From: the human T2T-CHM13v2.0 reference genome, Homo sapiens
Direction: 5' to 3' (one strand)
DNA: 64,000 bases
Assembly: GCF_009914755.1 (NCBI RefSeq)
Contig: NC_060939.1
Part shown: piece by piece, positions 59,437-64,000 of the stretch
How the letters are laid out: each line of letters starts with the position of its first letter
Numbering within the stretch: the stretch's first letter is position 1
The notes under the pieces: model-generated
The model's database searches: none
What the model saw: only the letters and a program-made list of their open reading frames with translations
Told to the model about the DNA's origin: nothing
Position numbers and translations under genes: made by a program

Positions 59437-60770
59437 CATCATGGAGGGTGAGCAGGTCCTCCATGTTCATCATGGAGGGTGAGCGGCCCTGCGTGCTCAT
59501 GGTGGAGGGTGAGCGGGCCCTCCGTGCTCATGGTGGAGGGTGAGCGGGCCCTCCGTGCTCATGGTGGAGGGTGAGCGGGCCCTCCGTGCTCATGGTGGAG
59601 GGTGAGTGGGCCTTTGTGTACATGGTGGAGGGTGACTGGCCCTCTGTGTTCATCGTGGAAGGTGAGTGGGCCCTCCGTGCTCATGGTGGAGGGTGAGCGG
59701 GCCCTCTGTGCTCATGGTGGAGGGTGAGTGGGCCTTTGTGTTCATGGTGGAGGGTGACTGGCCCTCTGTGTTCATCGTGGAGGGTGAGCGGGCCCTCTGT
59801 ATTCATGGTGGAGGGTTAGTGGGCCTCTGTGCTCATGGTGGAGGGTGAGTGGGCCTTTGTGTTCATGGTGGAGGGTGAGTGGCCCTCTGTGTTCATCGTG
59901 GAGGGTGAGCGGGCCCTCTGTATTCATGGTGGAGGGTGAGTGGGCCTCTGTGCTCATGGTGGAGGGTGAGTGGGCCTCTGTGCTCATGGTGGAGGGTGAG
60001 TGGGCCTCTGTGCTCATGGTGGAGGGTGAGTGGGCCTTTGTGTTCATGGTGGAGGGTGAGTGGGCCTTTGTGTTCATGGTGGAGGGTGAGTGGGCCTTTG
60101 TGTTCATGGTGGAGGGTGAGTGGCCCTCTGTGTTCATCGTGGAGGGTGAGCGGGCCCTCTGTATTCATGGTGGAGGGTGAGTGGGCCTCTGTGCTCATGG
60201 TGGAGGGTGAGTGGGCCTCTGTGCTCATGGTGGAGGGTAAACGGGGCCTCTGTGCTCATGGTGGAGGGTGAGTGGGCCTCTGTGCTCATGGTGGAGGGTG
60301 AGTGGGCCTCTGTGCTCATGGTGGAGGGTGAGCGGGGCCTCTGTTTTCACGGTGGAGGGTGAGCGGGGGCCCTCCGTGTTCATGGTGGAGGGTGTGTGGG
60401 CCTCTGTGTTCGTGGTGGAGGGTGAGTGGGCCTCTGTGTTCGTGGTGGAGGGTGAGTGGGCCCTCCGTGGGTGAGTGGGCCCTCCGTGTTCATCGCGGAG
60501 GGTGAGTGGGCCCTCCGTGTTCATGGTGGAGGGTGAGCGGGTCCTCCGTGTTCATGGTGGAGGGTGAGCGGGCCCTCCGTGTTCATGGTGGAGGGTGAGT
60601 GGGCCCTCCGTGTTCATGGTGGAGGGTGAGTGGGCCCTCCGTGTTCATCGTGGAGGGTGAGTGGGCCCTCCGTGTTCATGGTGGAAGGTGAGCGGGTCCT
60701 CCGTGTTCATGGTGGAGGGTGAGCGGGCCCTCTGTGTTCATGGTGGAGGGTGAGTGAGCCCTCTGTGTTC
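59437..60770 (+). repeat. G-rich minisatellite, 30-31-bp unit, roughly 43 copies
   Basis: Unit TCATGGTGGAGGGTGAG(T/C)GGGCC(C)TC(T/C)GTG(C/T); copy number estimated from length. Confidence 0.97.
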
Positions 60771-60773
60771 CAG

Positions 60774-60979
60774 GTTCTTTGCATGGAGGTTTGTGACTGC
60801 ACTGTATATGACAGACATCAAGAATGACAGCTACTCCTGGCCCATGCTTGTGTACATGTGCACCAGCTGCGTGTACCCACTTGTGTCCAGCTGTGCGCAC
60901 ACCTTCAGCTCTATGTCCAAGAATGCCCGGCACATTTGCTACTTCCTGGACTATGGTGCCGTCAACCTCTTCAGCCTGG
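60774..60979 (+). CDS. PAQR5: PAQR5 third coding exon (FFAWRFVTALYMTDIKNDSYSWPMLVYMCTSCVYPLVSSCAHTFSSMSKNARHICYFLDYGAVNLFSL)
   Basis: Acceptor ctctgtgttccAG|G completes the split TGG codon; 206 nt; SxxxH and DYxG-like PAQR motifs with hydrophobic segments; donor G|GTATGT, phase 1. CDS continues beyond the window. Confidence 0.95.
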
Positions 60980-61149
60980 GTATGTGAGGCCTTGTTCTTG
61001 CTTTCCTTCCCCTGCAACCGGGCTGTTTGCCCCTTCTCCTGTGAGCTAGGGTCACCAGAAGGCTTTGATGAGTTTGCAGAAGAATCCAGGGATTATGCCA
61101 GTGCCCCTGTCCAGGTTCCCAATGGGTGTTTTATAAGAAACTGTCCATA

Positions 61150-61485
61150 AGCATGCTGCTAAATATTTAGCCACTGGCTCTGTGGGGACAACAGCCCCGA
61201 TCTGCAGTGTTGCCAGTTTCTGTGGTGTAAATCTTCCCATCATGTCCAGCTTCAACCTACTAACATGACATCACAGAACACAAGGGTGGGAAGAGATATG
61301 CGTAGCACACTATTACAGAAATTCCACCATGCAGATACAGTAGATGTAGTCATTGAGTACTCAGTACTTTTGTTAATATGATTTATTTAATTGCAAGTTT
61401 CTGTGATTTAATTTTTAATGATGGCTGTGTTCAGCACTCAGCTCTCTCACAGGCCAGAATGAACTGACTCCAGTACATCAGTGCT
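61150..61485. mobile_element. MER63-like hAT element
   Basis: TTTCTGTGGTGTAAATCTTCCCATCATG and terminal GACTCCAGTACATCAGTG resemble MER63 by eye. Confidence 0.45.
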
Positions 61486-61824
61486 GGTCTCTGTCATGCC
61501 AGGCAAGAAGAGGAGGGTGAGGTCATGAGCCTCGTATATCCAGAGGCTTAGCACAATCAGAGAGATGCTCAGAGTGTGCGGGAATAGATCAGCAACCTAA
61601 GCTGGTGAAATTCGGTGCTGACCGCCCCCTCTTCCTTGTCTTTTTCTTTGACTATGATGCTCCCTCCTCTGGCCTCTTCTCTCCTCCCCTTGTGGGCATG
61701 CATCTATCCCTAAGGATATGAGTTCTAGATTCTTCCTCCAGGTCCCATTCTAGGTGAGAAAACCAATTATTGTCTTCCTTGCCCAAGAGGTTGTCCATGA
61801 GGAGCCTACCTCCATCCTCTTTCT

Positions 61825-62430
61825 TCATATACACACGTTCACACTCACACAAACACACACTCATGCACTGACACACACTGACACACACACATACAATGCA
61901 CTCACACATGCACATACACACACTCACCACATATACACAATACACTTACATGCACACACACACACCACATGCCACATGTACTCACACATTGACACACACA
62001 CAATACACTCACATACACACACTCACACCACATACACACAATACACTCACATGCACACTCTCAAACACTACACACACACACCACCCATACTGACACACAC
62101 TACACTCACATAAACACACATCACATACACACAATACACTCACATGCACATACACATACTCTCAGACCCTCCACACACACTCACATCCACATACGCACCA
62201 CACATGCTGACATATACACACAATACACTCACATACACACTCACACCACATACACACTCACATGCTCATATACGCACACATACTCTCAGACACTACACAC
62301 ACATTCACACACTCACACTCTCACATACATCACACACACACACCACACACGCACATCACACACACCACATACATACACACACACCACACACACGCTCACT
62401 CACACACTCTCACACACATACACACACACT
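61825..62430 (+). repeat. Degenerate (CA)-rich low-complexity tract
   Basis: About 600 bp of ACAC/ACTC/ATAC with recurring CAATACACTCACAT. Confidence 0.95.
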
Positions 62431-64000
62431 TTCCCACTTCACTGCCCACTCCTTAGTGCTCTGCTGCCCAGTCCCCAGCATTCACTAGACCGTGCCCCTT
62501 TCCGTGTGAGCCAGGCTTACCCTCAGGCTTTGATGGGTTTGCAGAAGAGAGTGGGGAATGTGCGTGCCCCTGTCCAGGGTCCCGGCCTCCTGACTGCCAA
62601 GATTGATGCAGGGGTCCTTCAGGCCTCCTCAATGCCCCTCTCTTTCTCTGGTCCCTGTCACATCCCTCCCTCCCTCCCGGATTCCCTCCCACCCTCCGGA
62701 TCCCCTCTTACCCTCCATGTCCCCCCTCCCCTGGGCTGGCTCCCCTCCTCTGCTTTCTGGCACACATGGGTGGGGAGGCTCAGAAGTGGTCCTTTGACCT
62801 CTCCTCTCACACGATCCGGCTCCCCAGAGATCTCCTCCATGCCTACTGCATCTCTTCCACCTCCGGAGAAACCCTGTCTCCAATGTAAACCTCTTACCTG
62901 AGGTCCACGCCACCTCAGAGCCATGAGACCAGAACTGTACCTGCTCCCGCCCCTGCCCCTACACCTGCTAGCCCTCTGTATGTCCAACCTGACTGATGGT
63001 CGCGCCCCTACTCCTTCTCCTGAGTCAGAAGCCTGACTAATCCTCGGGGTCCCCTTCCTCTCACTCCCCACCCACGCCCACCCTCTGGCCAATTGGTTAT
63101 TAAGGCCAGGCGACTTCTCTCCTACCTGCTGTAAGCGGCACTGCCCCTTTGTCTTGACTCAGGCCCCGGCCTCTCACTTGCACAGTTATCACAGCCTTCT
63201 CCACCTCACCCAGCCCCTGGAGGCTTCCACAACACCTTCTACCACATCACCCTCCCACTGTCAGGGCCCTCATCAGCCAGAAGCAGTCCAGACTGCTTAG
63301 CGGGGCGACTTCCTTGGCCCTCGGTTGCCCGCCCCGGACTTGTTTTGATAAGTGTGGGCATTTCTGGAGTAATCGCTGCATGGCAAGCCCTGGTCCAGGC
63401 CCCTGACACACACCCCTGAGGGGCCACACCACACCATGTTTAATGGTCCAGGTGCTGGCACCTGATTCCACCACCCCTAACTGTTAGAGGCTCCTGTGCA
63501 AGTTTCATAACCCTGCCAAGCCTCAATTCTTTCATCCACAAAATGGATGTAATATCTTCTTTGTGGGTATGTTCTGATGATTAAATGTGTTTTAAATGAG
63601 GCTCAGAGCCTGGCCTTAGTCGGCATCTGAGGGCAGCCATTACCACGATGATCTTGTTAACCGTGGCAGCAGTCCCTGAGGTAGGTCCTAGTGTCATATC
63701 CATGCGTAGGTGAGGACAGTGAGGCACTGTGGAGGTAAGTGACAGGTCACACAGCTGTGCATGGCAGAGCCAGAGTGAGGACTGAAGCCCATGTGGTCCA
63801 CCACCAACCTGTCCCCTGCCTTCCTCCATCACGGGCCTCACTGTCTGTCTGTGTAAGAGTTCCTCTTGTTGCCATGGTCTCCCTTCTCTGTATCCTCCCA
63901 TAGGCCATTCCCCAGAACTCCCTCTTCCCTTCCCTGCAGGCTGCACCACGGGAGCCTCAGGGGCCCCTGCCCTGTGCCCTTCCTCCAACCCCCAGACCTG

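Noticed and set aside
59666-60524. Repetitive ORFs on both strands (STEAHSPSTM, VEGEWASVLM, HHEHRGPLTL repeats)
   Set aside because: By-products of a 30-bp unit lacking stops in some frames; 31-bp units shift the frame; no splice or start context.
59437-60770. CRISPR-like array
   Set aside because: Units are contiguous with no unique spacers, and the context is a primate intron.
61652-62488. His/Thr-rich ORFs
   Set aside because: Translations of the CA-rich tract.
62450-64000. Further PAQR5 exon or promoter at the window end
   Set aside because: No PAQR-like peptide continuing in phase 1 and no CpG island was seen; the next exon probably lies beyond the window.

Overview
Primate (human-like) genomic DNA, mostly intronic, from the 5' half of PAQR5 (membrane progestin receptor gamma) on the + strand. 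Three coding exons splice in frame (36395-36445, 56164-56291, 60774-60979) and give MLSLKLPRLFSIDQIPQ-VFHEQGILFGYRHP...NETLNIWTH...SSCAHTF...DYGAVNLFSL; the gene continues beyond the window. The introns hold a complete sense-oriented LTR8/HUERS-P1-type provirus (6539-15709), a decayed ERV-L provirus, an antisense LTR2 solo LTR, MaLR LTRs, a hAT transposase fossil, a 5S rRNA pseudogene and about 40 Alus. Three observations stand out: (1) a 161-nt candidate 5'UTR exon with uORFs inside the provirus; (2) a ~416-bp inverted copy of the provirus' own 3' junction and flanking Alu inserted back into the provirus; (3) a ~1.3-kb minisatellite rich in 5' splice-site motifs whose last unit forms the acceptor of a coding exon. 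I see no evidence for a new protein-coding system. Repeat family names and the gene identity are from recognition by eye, not database searches; most repeat boundaries are approximate.
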